Source of the DNA: Octopus sinensis
Taxonomy: Eukaryota
Assembly (NCBI RefSeq): GCF_006345805.1
Contig: NW_021832002.1
Location: forward strand, 1-62,898
Direction of reading: 5' to 3'
Length of the DNA: 62,898 nucleotides
Part shown: positions 1 to 13,154 of the stretch, piece after piece
How positions within the stretch are numbered: position 1 is the stretch's first letter
Layout of the letters: each line of letters starts with the position of its first letter
Made by a program: the position numbers and the translations under genes
The notes under the pieces: model-generated
The model's database searches: none
What the model was told of the DNA's origin: nothing
The model's input: only the letters and a program-made list of their open reading frames with translations

Positions 1-44
<44 letters not shown>

Positions 45-987
45 AGAGAGATAAATATATTATATATATCATATATATATATTAATAATATATGTATTTC
101 AAATGTTGACGTTGCCACTTCGGTTACCTCTACCTGTTCACGTTTTCTGAACCTCGGATCATTGGTATATCAGACTGCATTTCAATTTATGTAATAGAGT
201 GACTGAGAAGAAAAACAAATCTTAAGAGATTTCTTTTTTTCAAATTGCATTACTTGTCTTAAAAGAAGCAAAAAAATGATTACAGAATATGTAAACAGCA
301 TAATAATAATTGATGGCGCAATAAATGTCGGAATAAAGTGAAATATATATGATAAGTATATTTTTGTAATGATAAAAAGCGAAAGTGAAAGTAATGATAA
401 ATAATCGATATCGTGGAAGAAAAAATATGATGTTAATGGCGTCGTGTTAGCTGATACATAAATAAGAATTCGTATACTTTGAATGAGAAAACGCTGCATT
501 TGCAGTTGCTCTTTAAGTAAATTCCGTCTGCAGATACGTGTAAATAATATTTTAGAATAATATTTTGTTAATATATGCGATTTAAATGTAATAAAACACC
601 ATTTCTAGTCAACAAAATGGTATAAAATTAGCGGCAAATTGCAATTTTAAAATTACGCAGCAAATAAAATTTACGTATTACTGTTTGTTTGTTTGAGTTC
701 AACACTAAGTATGCACCTATGGGAACTCATACATTCACACGCACTAACACACACATACTTATACACACTCACGCACATACTCACACACACGCGTGCGCAC
801 AAACACACGTATGTATAATCACACTGGCACTTGGCCAGTAGACTCTCAGCGAAAACTCCAGCATTTGTTTCCGATATGCCGCTGTGGAGACGAAAGCCTG
901 GAAATGAGAAGATCGCAAAAGATCTCATAAAAAAGCCAAAAATCGCATCTCATGAAAAAGCCAAAATTCATCACAAAACGATGACAT

Positions 988-1960
988 TTGTACAAATTCA
1001 CAAGAGAAATGAGCAACACACAATTACCATTTCTTGACATAATGGTGATTAAAAACAACACCACAATCACAACTGATATTTATTACAAAAGCAGAGATAC
1101 ACTTCAGTACCTAAATTTCAAATCATGCCATCCAACACACAGAAAACGCAACATCCCGTACTGTCTAGCCAGGAAAATTTGTACTCTAGTCGATGATCCA
1201 AATACCAGAAATACACGACTTATAGATTGCAAAGGATTTCTGCTCAAGCAAAATTACTCTCCCCTACTTATAGAAAATAGCATACAACAAGCAAAAGAGA
1301 TATCTATATAACAATTTAGAGCAACACGACAAAGACGAACCCCTCAAAGGAACACAATACCATTTCTAGTAACACACAATCTGCATCACCAAAACATTTT
1401 TAACATCATCAAAACAAATTTGCCAATCATGAAACAAAGTGAAAAATTAAAAAAACATAGTAACTAATCAAACATATATCTTAACCAAAAGGCAAACGCA
1501 TAACCTAAAGAAGCTATTAACAAAGGCAAAATTCAACATGAACGAACAGGATAAAACATGCACAGTATACAAGTGTAATGATAACAGATGTGGAATGTCA
1601 ATGCATGCATACGGGTAAATCCACTAGAACAAAATATGGACAAATTTTCGCAAATGCAGATATGAACTGCAAAAAGCAAAAATTTGATCTACTGTATTAA
1701 ATGCCCGAATTGTGGGGAATTATGTATAGGTGAGACAAGGATTGCATTATTGGAACGCTCATGATCCACAGACAAAAATCGGAATACCAATGTTCGCCAA
1801 ATTCCATTGAGCGAACATATTGAGATATGTGATCAGAAAATGTTTCGAAGTTTTCCTTTCCACAAACTACATGACACGAGTGAGTTGGAAGAAAGATAAA
1901 AGTAAAACGGTTTATTAAAATGTTCAGACCTGTTCTGAACGGAAATAAGAGCAATGATAT
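988..1960 (+). pseudogene. Decayed Penelope-like retroelement, 3' half (RT C-terminus plus GIY-YIG endonuclease)
   Basis: ORF 988-1311 gives KFTREMSNTQLPFLDIMV..TDIYYKSRDTLQYLNFKSCHPTHRKRNIPYCLAR, the PLE RT C-terminal pattern. Downstream frames give NLIYCIKCPNCGELCIGET (GIY-YIG) and FIKMFRPVLNG. Stops and frameshifts are present. Confidence 0.9.
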
Positions 1961-2944
1961 AACAACCAGTTAATGATGTGGATTAAAAATTATATATCTC
2001 TGGCATATAAATATAAGCAAGACACAGAATCACGGTACGCTTGGCAAACCGGGATGTTTAAAATGCATGCAGATTAGTCAAATAGGTATTCTAAAAGTTC
2101 AGCTTGTTGGAGCGTTTCTAAGAGATACTAAGGTTGTCAAGAATTCAACTGTCACTCGTGTCATGTAGTTTGTGGAAAGGAAAACTTCGAAACATTTTCT
2201 GATCACATATCTCAATATGTTCGCTCAATGGAATTTGGCGAACATTGGTATTCCGATTTTTGTCTGTGGATCATGAGCGTTCCAATAATGCAATCCTTGT
2301 CTCACCTATACATAATTCCCCACAATTCGTTACATTACTCTTCCATGTATATAACTTTTGTATGTTGCCAGAAGTTAAGCGATTCTGGTACATGTTTTGA
2401 ATAATGGTGTCTACATTGTCAGTTACATATAAACATAAATATATGAAGAAAGCTTTATTTTGTTTGTGTCTCATGAGATACAATTAATTAGTGTATATAT
2501 ACGTGAATATACATATATATTTATATATTTACATATATGAATAGTGTAATGTTTCGTGATGGTAAGATAAACAAAAAAGTACTTCGTCTGGTGAAAGATA
2601 AATATTATTTGATAAACACAGTATATATTTTTATAAGCTACTAATAATTTCGTGCGATGAAAACAACACAAATAGCATCTGGTGCCTTCACATTATCCCT
2701 AGACTGTGCTCACCTGGCATAACAAGCTAAAACAGGACGATAGAATAAGAAAAGATACGAGAAAAAGCTAGAAGGAAGTAGATGTAAATGGTGGAAGGTT
2801 GAAAACACGGGAAACGAAAAAGAAAACAGAAAACAGAAAAAAGGTGAAATTAAATGTAAGCCAATGACTATAAAGTCATACGGCTGAATCGATAGAGGCT
2901 TAGAGTTTGCGGTACAGTAGCTCAATTCAGAGAGGGTAGTATTT

Positions 2945-3190
2945 TTCAATTCACCAACAGGAATTTTCCATGTGTTTACATCTGCTGAAAATTTCAAATC
3001 TGGAATTCAACAATACAATGGAGTTCTTTAATCTGAAAGCATGATCTTTCAGTTGCGCATATCCTACACACTTTTTCTTGATCTCTTGACATATGCTTCA
3101 GATTTTTCAACTATTTCCCATTTGATTGTGTATGGTGTGGCGTTAGACCCTCTGTCCTCATGGGTGACTAACCAACTTAGTGGCTTTACT
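2945..3190 (-). pseudogene. C-terminal fragment of a second PLE family
   Basis: Minus-strand translation across a frameshift gives TPYTIKWEIVEKSEAYVKRSRK / CRICATERSCFQIKNSIVLLNSRFEIFSRCKH, resembling the C-terminal CxxC..LLN.R.E....C.H motif of PLE ORFs. Confidence 0.7.
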
Positions 3191-3193
3191 TGT

Positions 3194-3500
3194 GAGGGAG
3201 CATGGCTTAGTGGTTAGAGTGTTGCACTCACGATCTAGCGATCGTGATTTCAATTCCTAGACCGGGCGTTGCGTTGTGTACAAGAACAAAACGCTTCATC
3301 TCACGTTGTTCTGTGATCACGTCGACACCCGACGGGTGGTACAGCGTACACCTGTTCATATAACGGTGATTTGATGGAGAGAGTGCGCCAATATGTGGCA
3401 TGAACATTTCATTACTATAAACATATCCTTTGTAAAGCGTGTTCAGCAAAAGCTGAACGCTCATACACTGTCTTGGATGGGAGGCTTCATCAAATAGCAT
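3194..3500 (+). mobile_element. tRNA-derived SINE (family B-like head, decayed)
   Basis: A-box-like tggcttagtggttaga and B-box-like gatttcaattcc; head resembles 31455-31752 and 52960-53100. Confidence 0.65.
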
Positions 3501-5428
3501 AGATAAAATTATGTCTAATGATGTAGTATAATAATAATTATATATAATAAGCGTTCAGGTTGACTTACCAATAAAACTCAGTAAATAGTTCTTATATATA
3601 ATTGCAAAATGACCAACACAAATGCTTCCTTGTGTGTGTGTGTCTGTACAAATATATATATATGTGTTTGTGTTTGTGTGTGTGTGTACAAATATATATG
3701 TGTTTGTGCGTGTGTGCGCACACAGTTAAATTTTCCAATTCTGAGGCCATATAGTACACAGTTTAGATTTATTTACTGCTCGATTATTTGACTGCGCTCG
3801 CGCATTAAATTTGAATCCATAATGTATAAAGATGGAGCTGTCTTGTGCAGGTGTTTTTGGTACGTGTTAAAGCAACATAATTATGCATTTTTAGCGATTC
3901 TACTGACGAACTACGGCTAACAAATTATACTCGAGTATAGGATTTACTAATGGCATTAACAGCGTGCCTTAAGATTTTGCTTTTTGGCCATTTTAGCATG
4001 TAAAAAAGTCAACTCTTTATACACTCTAAGATATATATATATTATATATATATATATGTATTTGTTAGGGAAGCTGAATTCTCGTCGACAACTATGATTG
4101 TTACACGCCGATGATAGGTAAATACCTTGAAACTCGAGTCCGTGTGTATCATAAGTTGAAGACGGGAAGGATGACTTCCCTTCACAAATACTGATAGGGC
4201 ACAGAAAGTGTGTCTATAGCTAGCTGGAGGAGGTATCTTCCTGGGGCTACAAACTACAGTAGCATCCACCTTTAGGGGTTAGCCATATTCAAATGGCAAA
4301 TATGCGTCACGATGTGTTACCGCTACTGTTTATAACTCGCTCTGAGATTTATCATTGTTATATATATATATATATATATATATAATTGTTGTTATATATA
4401 TATATATATATATAACAACAATTATAATTATAATAATAATCATATAACTATCTCTCAATCTTTGAAGATATATGCGTGTGTTTGCGTGTATGTGTGTGTG
4501 TTTTAACTCTTATTTCTAGCTTGTAGCACAAGCATTCACGATTAGTGATGACTAAATTTTCTTATATTATATCCAAGCTCCCCATATCAATTTCATGTAT
4601 ACATACATACACACAAATGTATATATATATTTGTATAATAATAACAACAACAACAACAACAACAATAATAATAATGATAATTATAATAATAATAATAATT
4701 CTAACTGGGCCCCACCTGCAAGGTCATGCGCTGTTTATCTTGACTTGAGATCACCATGTCGCGCACATATGGTTGTGATGCATGTGTCTGGTGTACCCTT
4801 ATCTGACGGGTAGTCATGATGGGCATACTGGGCTTCGTATATTTTACCCCAGTGTCACTTTGATGGTATACACTGCTCTCTCTCACTCAATAATAATCAT
4901 ACCCCCCCTCTCGCTCTCTCACTCTTTGAAGATATATACATATGTTTGTGTATGTGTGTGTGAGTGTGTGGTGTGTGTGTGTACGTGCCTCTGTGTTTGT
5001 GTATGTATGCGTGCGCGAAGGAAAGGAGAGGTTACACACTACGTACGTTTCCAATATGGAAACGAAGCATATTATGAGTTATTGAAAGAACTTCATAATT
5101 ACTGACAAAGTAAGTTCAATATCTCATAATATGATTTTGTGTTGCTCTGCTTTAGAAAAGTCCGTAGTACAAAACTACTTCTCGATTTCATTCAATCAAA
5201 TAATCATTTATTGCACACTTAGCAATGTAAGTTGATTTTTAAGCGGATGGGGTTATATAACATGTGTCATATTATAAGGAGACGTTTCTTTTATATGATA
5301 TGGGGCGAACAGTATCTGATATATGGATTAATAATACTTTTTTTTTGATCGATTATTAGTTCATTTGAATCTTCTGTACAAGCCTTGTATATGCTAGATA
5401 TTAAGTAGCTATTATCCACGTTTGATTG

Positions 5429-5466
<38 letters not shown>

Positions 5467-5468
<2 letters not shown>

Positions 5469-5616
5469 CGCAGGAATGGCTGTGTGGTATGTAGCTTGCT
5501 TACCAAGTACATGGTTCCGGGTTCAGTCCCACTGCGTAACACCTTGGGCAAGTGCCAACCAAAGTCTTGTGAGTGGATTTGGTAGACGGAAACTGAAAGA
5601 AGCCCGTCGTATTTAC

Positions 5617-5696
<80 letters not shown>

Positions 5697-5898
5697 TTGT
5701 GTGTCCGCGTTTGCTTCCCACCATCGGTTGACAACCGTTGTTCGTGTGTTTACGTCCCCGTAAGCTAGCGCTTCGGCAAAAAGAAACAGATAGAATAAGT
5801 ACTAGGCTTACAAAGAATAAGTCCTGGTGCCGATTTGTTCGACTAAAAGCGGTGCTTCAGGATGGCTGAAGTCAAATAACTGAAACAAATAAAAGAAT
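5467..5898 (+). mobile_element. SINE family A with internal (TA)n(TG)n
   Basis: Head ggcgcaggaatggctgtgtgg..gggttcagtccc and tail gtcaaataactgaaacaaataaaaga; homologous to about 10 other copies in the window. Confidence 0.85.
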
Positions 5899-6380
5899 AC
5901 ACACACACACACGTAGATATATATATTCGTTTATATGATACAATATATATTGCATAACATGACAGACAGGAAGAATTGTAAAAGAACACTTGTATTATTG
6001 GCCAAGTTTCTTTTCACTTGTTTGAATTGTTAGAAATAACACTGCACACTTATAGAGGAGACAAAACTGGAGTGCTTTCAGGCAAAGATAATTTAATTAC
6101 GGCTCGTGTAAGAGTTTTAGTTACAATTATGGATATAACTTTCAGTAAAGCACGTCTGAAATAACGTAATTAAATATATTATGAATCAACTCATTTCTAT
6201 TTGTGATCTATGGATATACATATACGCCTTATAATATATATATATATTATATATATATTATATATATATATATTATATCGAAAGGAAAATACAGATGTCT
6301 TTCCCGCGACATAGGTTCACCAGTGTGCTGTTTCGCGGTTTCCGCTGCGTATGTATTTGTTTGGTGAGCTAACTGGAAAT

Positions 6381-6590
6381 CAGCAGAAATATAACAAAAC
6401 CTGTTACTCAGAGTTTCACGTTCCCGTTCGTCGGATAGTTTTGTTAAAATAGAGCAGAAGTAACGATATGATCAAAACTAGTTAAAGGATACACCTTTAA
6501 AAATGGATTTGTTTCATTGGTTCTTTCAAATAACGGTCTTAAGCATGCGATAAATAAAATAAACAAAATAATGAATTCAATATAAATTCA
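6381..6590 (-). repeat. Dispersed repeat family D, copy 1 (carries hammerhead)
   Basis: Highly similar over about 210 bp to 11298-11512. Confidence 0.85.
6392..6446 (-). ncRNA. Type I hammerhead ribozyme motif (family D)
   Basis: Minus strand AACAAAACUAU CCGACGA ACG-GGAA-CGU GAAA CUC-U-GAG UA ACAG-G-UUUUGUU; U4C core variant; one stem I mismatch. Confidence 0.7.
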
Positions 6591-6748
6591 CCTGTTTTCA
6601 ATATAAATTCAAGAAAGTGATTTCTTCAAGACAAAAAAAGCCATTCAGAAATAGAAACCACAATCTTTCGATCATGAAAGCAACATCCTAACCATTAAGC
6701 CATGAGCTTCCACATTTATTCACACACACACACACACACACACACGCA

Positions 6749-6928
6749 ATTTTTTTCTCTCCTTGTTTCTCCTTGTTTTTTTTCTGTGTATCTTTCTGTC
6801 GAAGAGCGTAGGCTCGAAACGTAAAAGACTATTGCTATTTCTATTCCTGAGCGCTATACTAATACAATTGTTTGTTTGTACTCCACCTGCCTTCGTCTTT
6901 TGTCTATTTTCGTAAACTTTCCCGTTAT
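6749..6928 (+). repeat. Dispersed repeat family E, copy 1 (carries hammerhead-like motif)
   Basis: Highly similar to 37548-37726; pyrimidine tract, then motif, ending in cccgt followed by (TA)n. Confidence 0.85.
6791..6828 (+). ncRNA. Minimal type I hammerhead-like motif, A6U variant (family E)
   Basis: UCUUU CUGUCGA A GAGC-GUAG-GCUC GAAAC GUA AAAGA; stem I of 5 bp, stem II of 4 bp, palindromic ACGU helix III. Confidence 0.6.
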
Positions 6929-6933
6929 ATATA

Positions 6934-6971
<38 letters not shown>

Positions 6972-7380
6972 GCGCGTTTATCTAAATGCATAACTATCTA
7001 AATTATGCAAATAAGCACGTGCGGGGGCCTACGATAAGGAAAGTGAAGGAAAGTGTGGATGTGTATGTCTGTGACTGTGTGCGTATGTACCCATATGTAT
7101 GCCGAACCGTGTTAGCAAGTGTAGTAATCTTTCTTCGCTTTAAACTTAATGCAATCAAATCCTGCCACAACCGGTTTCATCCTGTCTATATCGCTCCCTC
7201 TTTTTTTCTTTCATCGTTTCTTGTGCCCTTCCCTCACTTTAAACTTTCCGTAAATCTCATCCTTCCTCAACCTGTCTTATCCTATATATGTCCCTCTCTT
7301 TATTTCTTTCTTTCTTGTCTACAGTTTATATGTTTATGCTTATGATTATTTACTTTTATTTGTTATGAATATTTTATAAG

Positions 7381-8390
7381 CAGGGCCGTCGCTAAGCACC
7401 TGCAGCTCCTGCAGTCGTAGGGGACATCCTCGATTGAGGGTGGGGGCATGTTAAGATCAAAGTACGTAGATGAGTCATCTATTTACTTTGATTAAGATGT
7501 TGAACGAGAATTAAACTATACTCTTTCTCTTTTTTACTCTTTTACTCTTTTACTTGTTTCAATCATTTGACTGCGGCCATGTTGGAGCACCGCCTTTAGT
7601 CGAGCAAATCGACCCCGGGACTTATTCTTTGTAAGCCCAGTACTTATTCTATCGGTATCTTTTGCCGAACCGCTAAGTTACGGGGACGTAAACACACCAG
7701 CATCGGTTGTCAAGCAATGGTAGGGGGACAAACACAGACACACAAACATACACACACATACATATATATACATATATACGACGGGCTTCTTTCAGTTTCC
7801 GTCTACCAAATCTACTCACAAGGCTTTGGTCGGCCCGAGGCTATAGTAGAAGACACTTACCCAAGGTGCCACGCAGTGGGACTGAACCCGGAACCATGTG
7901 GTTGGTAAGCAAGCTACTTACCACACATCCACCCTACGCCTATACTATGTCAATTGAAATGTTAAAGAAATAAAATGGTAATACATTGTACCTGTAAAAG
8001 ACCTTGTAAAAATATTACATATTATCACGAGCGTCTACGAGACTTTGTGGAATGTCTATTGAACATGAACTTAGCCCTCAGTTTCATTATTCTGAACTGG
8101 TCGATGATTTCGCGGAGCAAAAAGTGCGCCGTGTTCGTCTTTGAAAGTGCCTGGATTAAAAAAGTGCTCTTTTATTCATATCTAGAAGTTCTACTGATTG
8201 AAATTTGTAATAGACCTAAATAAATTTAAGTTGTTGTTCTTTAGAATAACGTAAAATATTGAAGTTCAAATGGAATAAAGTAAAATATAGCTACGAATAA
8301 AAGGAACGTAGATTATGAATTTTGATTGAAGTGATGGGGCCTCGAAACAAAAAGTTGCAGAGGGCCTCTAAAAGTCCCGGGACAGAGCTG
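7381..8390. mobile_element. Probable non-autonomous hAT-like DNA transposon containing a SINE A
   Basis: Ends cagggccgtc and gacagagctg are imperfect inverted repeats; flanks tttataag (7373-7380) and ttgataag (8391-8398) match 7/8 as an 8-bp TSD. Confidence 0.45.
7525..7942 (-). mobile_element. SINE family A
   Basis: Reverse complement of the family A head and tail, with internal (CA)/(TA) tract. Confidence 0.85.
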
Positions 8391-8650
8391 TTGATAAGGG
8401 TAACTGTAGCAATGCCTTATTCCCTAACTCAACCGGGCAAATGACAAGGATGTTTAGCGATATACAACTTTATGTATGAATGTTATTGATGTAATACACA
8501 CTGCAAAATTGATGCAACACAATATGATGCACATCATCACAACCATAACGGACAGTTGTAGAATGGGTCGAAACTATCGTTGTGTACAATAAAGATTAAT
8601 GCCAAAATATCTTCTGTTTCCTTAATCGACCACAGGACTTATTCTTTGTA

Positions 8651-8962
8651 GTGGAGGCACATGGCCTAGTGGTTAGAGCTGCGGACTTGCGGTCGAGGGA
8701 TCGCGGGTTCGAATCTCAGACCAGGTGACGTGTGTGTTTATGAGTGAAACACCTAAGCTCCATGCGGCTCCAGCAGAAGATAATGGCGAACTTCTGCGGC
8801 CTCTTTCGCCACAACTTTCTCTCACTATTTCCTCCTGCTTCTTGCAGCCCACCTGCGACGGACCGGCGTCCCATCCAGGTGGGGAACCTATACGCCAAGA
8901 AACTGGGAAACCGGCCCTTATGAGCCGGACATGGTTCGAGAAGGAACAAACAAAAAACAACA
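8651..8962 (+). mobile_element. tRNA-derived SINE family B with 14-bp TSD, inserted in a SINE A remnant
   Basis: A-box tggcctagtggtt, B-box gggttcgaatctc, (caa)-rich tail; TSD acttattctttgta at 8637-8650 and 8963-8976. Confidence 0.9.
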
Positions 8963-9118
8963 ACTTATTCTTTGTAAGCTTGGTACTTATTCTACCATCT
9001 CGTTTGCCGAACCGCTAGGTTACGGGGCTGTAAACGTACCAGCATCGGTTGCCAAGCGATGGTGGTGGGAGGGGGAGTGACAAACACACACACACACAAA
9101 TGCGCACACATGCATAAC

Positions 9119-9520
9119 TATTTCTTTATTACCCACAAGGGGCTAAACATAGAAGGGACAAACAAGGACAGACATAGGTATTAAGTCGATTACATCGACC
9201 CCAGTGCGTAACTGGTACTTAATTTATCGACCCTGAAAGGATGAAAGGTAAAGTCGACCTCGGCAGAATTTGAACTCACAACGTAATGGCAGACGAAATA
9301 CCTATTTCTTTATTACCCACAAGGGGCTAAACACAGAGGGGACAAACAAGGACAGACATAGGTATTAAGTCGATTACATCGACCCCAGTGCGTAACTGGT
9401 ACTTAATTTATCGACCCCGAAAGGATGAAAGGTAAAGTCGACCTCGGCAGAATTTGAACTCACAACGTAATGGCAGACGAAATACCGCTAAGCATTTCGC
9501 CCGGCGTGCTAACGTTTCTA
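9119..9520 (-). mobile_element. SINE family C, one head plus 2 tandem body units
   Basis: Two units of about 181 bp start with tatttctttattacccac at 9119 and about 9303, then the head ataccgctaagcatttcgcccggcgtgctaacg. Confidence 0.9.
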
Positions 9521-9889
9521 AGTCCAGTATGCACTATATCTGACTTCAGTTTCCGATTGCAGTGCAAAATTTATTGTTAAACAAATTACCTTCTTACCTT
9601 ATTTTGAATAAAGAAACTGCTACATCCTTTCAATTGGAAAATTACTGAATACCCTCAGCTTAAAGCTTCATAAAGTGACGTTAAAAGCTGCGTCTTGTTG
9701 CGATTGCATTGAAGGAAGGAAAGTAATGGTATTTGCATTAATCGTGTACATAGAATATGTGCAAATGGTCGGAGAGTAATGCATACAGTTCTCCTTTCAA
9801 TAAATAATTTATTCTAGGAACTAGGTTTTGGTAGAATTTGATGTGTAAGTAGAAAGAACAAGTAAGCGTTTATCTGTCGTATACATGTG

Positions 9890-9907
9890 TGTGAATGTGT
9901 GCGTATG

Positions 9908-9949
<42 letters not shown>

Positions 9950-10140
9950 GAGAGAGAGAGAGAGAGAGAGACAAACTGAGAAAGAGACACACACGTACAC
10001 GGACGCATATACACACACAGAGATATATATACTTGTATGTGTGGTTCTACGCTTATGTTCACATATGTAGACATAATCGTACTGACAAATGTATTTGTAG
10101 ACACGTATATTTATATACACACAGAAACTTATATCTATAT

Positions 10141-10176
<36 letters not shown>

Positions 10177-10215
10177 GAATATACATACATTTCTGTCTAC
10201 GTATATATATGTGCC

Positions 10216-10246
<31 letters not shown>

Positions 10247-10545
10247 TATATAATATATATATATATGTACATATATATATATACATTTGTATGCACGTTT
10301 ATGTGTATATGTTCACATACAAGTGTATATGTGTGTGAGTGTGCATATATCCATATATATACATGCATATACATATATTATATATATATATATATATTAC
10401 GCACACACATGTATATACAATGACCATATGCGCATATGTTCACATACAAGTATATGTGTGCGTGTATATACTTATACATATATACATATACATATATACA
10501 TATACATATATATATATACATATGTATATATACATATATATAATA

Positions 10546-10617
<72 letters not shown>

Positions 10618-11224
10618 GCACACAAATACACACGCACACAAATACACACGTATATACAGTGACATGAAACACACCCATTCACAAAAAACACACAAATAAG
10701 ATTTGGGGTCGTTATTGCTGTTGTTGTTGTTGTTGTTATTGGCATTGCTGTTACTTTTCAAAATAATATATTGTTTGAATAACAATTTGCAAATTAGTTT
10801 AAAATGACTGCAAAACTTACGGTCTAACCAATCGATATGATCGATAATACAAGAATTGCCAGATATTGGTAGCTAATTATCAATAGACAGACATTCAGAG
10901 GAGGGACAGAGTTATGTAAAAATACATACACACACATATATATATATATATGTGTGTGTGCATATATATATGTACATATATATATATATACATATATATA
11001 TACATATATATATATATAGATATGTGTGTGCATATATATATGTACATATATATATATACATATATATATACATAATATACATATATATTTACATATATAT
11101 ATATATATGTATGTATATATATATATATATATGATATATGAAAGAATGGAGTTGAACGACGAATTAACAAAATTCCTTTATTTTCGACATATGTTTCGAA
11201 AGATAATTCATTCAAACTACTCAA

Positions 11225-11269
<45 letters not shown>

Positions 11270-11280
11270 GTACATATATG
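9890..11280. repeat. Compound (TA)n/(CA)n/(GA)n microsatellite field
   Basis: Directly visible; explains the YI/IY-rich ORFs. Confidence 0.95.
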
Positions 11281-11297
11281 TATACTTTATTTATAAG

Positions 11298-11512
11298 CAG
11301 CAGAAATATAACAAAACCTGTTACTCAGAGTTTCACGTTCCCGTTCGTCGGACAGTTTTGTTAAAATAGAACAGAAATAACGATACGATCAAAACTAGTT
11401 AAAGGATACACCTTTGAAAATGGATTTGTTTCATTGGTCCTTTAAAATAACGGTCTTAAGCATGCGATAAACAAAATAAACAAAGTAAATGAATTCAATA
11501 TAAATTCATCCT
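11298..11512 (-). repeat. Dispersed repeat family D, copy 2
   Basis: Homologous to 6381-6590. Confidence 0.85.
11309..11363 (-). ncRNA. Type I hammerhead ribozyme motif (family D, stem I intact)
   Basis: Minus strand AACAAAACUGU CCGACGA ACG-GGAA-CGU GAAA CUC-U-GAG UA ACAG-G-UUUUGUU. Confidence 0.75.
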
Positions 11513-11780
11513 ATTATAAAAAATCGACGAAAAACATTAAATCGAAGAGTGGATTCAAAATACATATTGTCAATAATTATATATGAAATATAATTCGATT
11601 AATACAATTAATACATTAATAATTAAATATTTCACAACAATATATACGCATACTAAACCATCAATATTCATATATACGTCAAAATACTCAGATGTATATA
11701 CACACACCACATACATATGCAGACATATATATGTAAGACCTAAATATACACACAAATACAGATATACATATTTACTACTA

Positions 11781-12178
11781 TTTACTATTTTACTTGTTTC
11801 AGTCAAATAAGTGCGGCCATGCTGGAGCACCGCCTTTAGTCGAGCAAATCGACCCCGGGACTTATTATTTGTAAGCCCAGTACTCATTCTATCGGTCTCT
11901 TTTGCCGAACCGCTAAGTTACGGGGACGTAAACACACCAGCATCGGTTGTCAAGCAATGCTAGGGGGACAAACACAAACATATACACACACACTTATATA
12001 TATATACATATATACGACAGGCTTCTTTCAGTTTCCGTCTACCAAATCCACTCACAAGGCTTTGGTCGGCCCGAGACTATAGTAGAAGACACTTGCCCAA
12101 GGTGCCACGCAGTGGGACTGAACCCGGAACCATGTGGTTGGTTAGCAAGCTACTTACCACACAGCCACTCCTGCGCCT
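11781..12178 (-). mobile_element. SINE family A
   Basis: Full head and tail on the minus strand. Confidence 0.85.
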
Positions 12179-12410
12179 ATGCATACGTACGCAATCCTGC
12201 CCGCATGCGAAAATCACTTTGTGTATACATATAGACTAGAAGTAAAATGCGACACCAGAGTAATATAGCAATAAATAAATTCAAACGTATACTACCCGGC
12301 CGAAGAATTTAAATATTTAACTTTATTAATATAAGGGTCATAATTATTAAATAATTATTTACCAGTAGCTAGCATGCTTAATGAGAGTCAGAAGACAAAT
12401 ATTTGTAAAA

Positions 12411-12835
12411 GGCGCAGGAGTGGCTGTGTGGTAAGTAGCTTGCTTATCAACCACATGGTTCCGGTTTCAGTCCACTGCGTGACACCTTGGGCAAGTGTCT
12501 TCTACTATAGCCTCGGGCCGACCAAAGTCCTGTGAGTGGATTTGGCAGACGGAAACTGTATGCATGTATGTATGTGTTTATGTGTCTGTGCTTATGTGTC
12601 TGTGTTATATATATATATATACGCACACACATCCTTGACAGCCGATGCTGGTGTGTTTACGTCCCCGTCACTTAGCGGTTCGGCAATAGTGACCGATAGA
12701 ATAAGCACAAGGCTTACAAAGAATAAGTCCTGGGATCGATGTGCTCGACTAAAGGCGGTGCTCCAGCATGGCCGCAGTCAAATGACTGAAACAAATAAGA
12801 GATAAAAGATAAAAAAGATAAAAGATAAAAAAAGA
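12411..12835 (+). mobile_element. SINE family A
   Basis: Head ggcgcaggagtggctgtgtggtaag; tail ends in (gataaaa)n. Confidence 0.85.
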
Positions 12836-13154
12836 TAATTGTGTATGAAACATACACGGAAAGAAAACCACTCTGCGCATGTCTTTACTTTATGTTTGTG
12901 GTACGTATTTAGTTTTATGTTTATGAATTAACAACGGCCTTACTGACGAGCTACGGATGGTTCATTAATCAATTAATTATCTTATTAGTTGATTTATTTG
13001 GTCATTAATAGCAACACACAAGAGAATAAGGTTTACTATATTTTTTATTCACACAAATGCCTTACTCGCGTACAAAACAACGTACTTTATTGTAAGAATA
13101 TTCTTTCGTGGTTTTCAACTTTGACTGTCATATTTAGCATATAAGAAATCCACT

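Noticed and set aside
100-520. Hydrophobic minus-strand ORF 182-499 vaguely like GPCR TM5, with a downstream YTNDPRFRK
   Set aside because: No DRY or NPxxY in frame, TM6 missing, and AT-rich DNA yields hydrophobic ORFs by chance; it needs an HMM search to revive.
3900-3955. CUGACGA followed by the palindrome TATACTCGAGTATA; related CUGACGAGCUACGG near 12943
   Set aside because: GAAA and stems are not recoverable; at most a decayed relic.
8651-8725. tRNA gene (also 61148-61220 and SINE C heads)
   Set aside because: A and B boxes are present but the cloverleaf is incomplete and the sequence continues into SINE bodies with TSDs.
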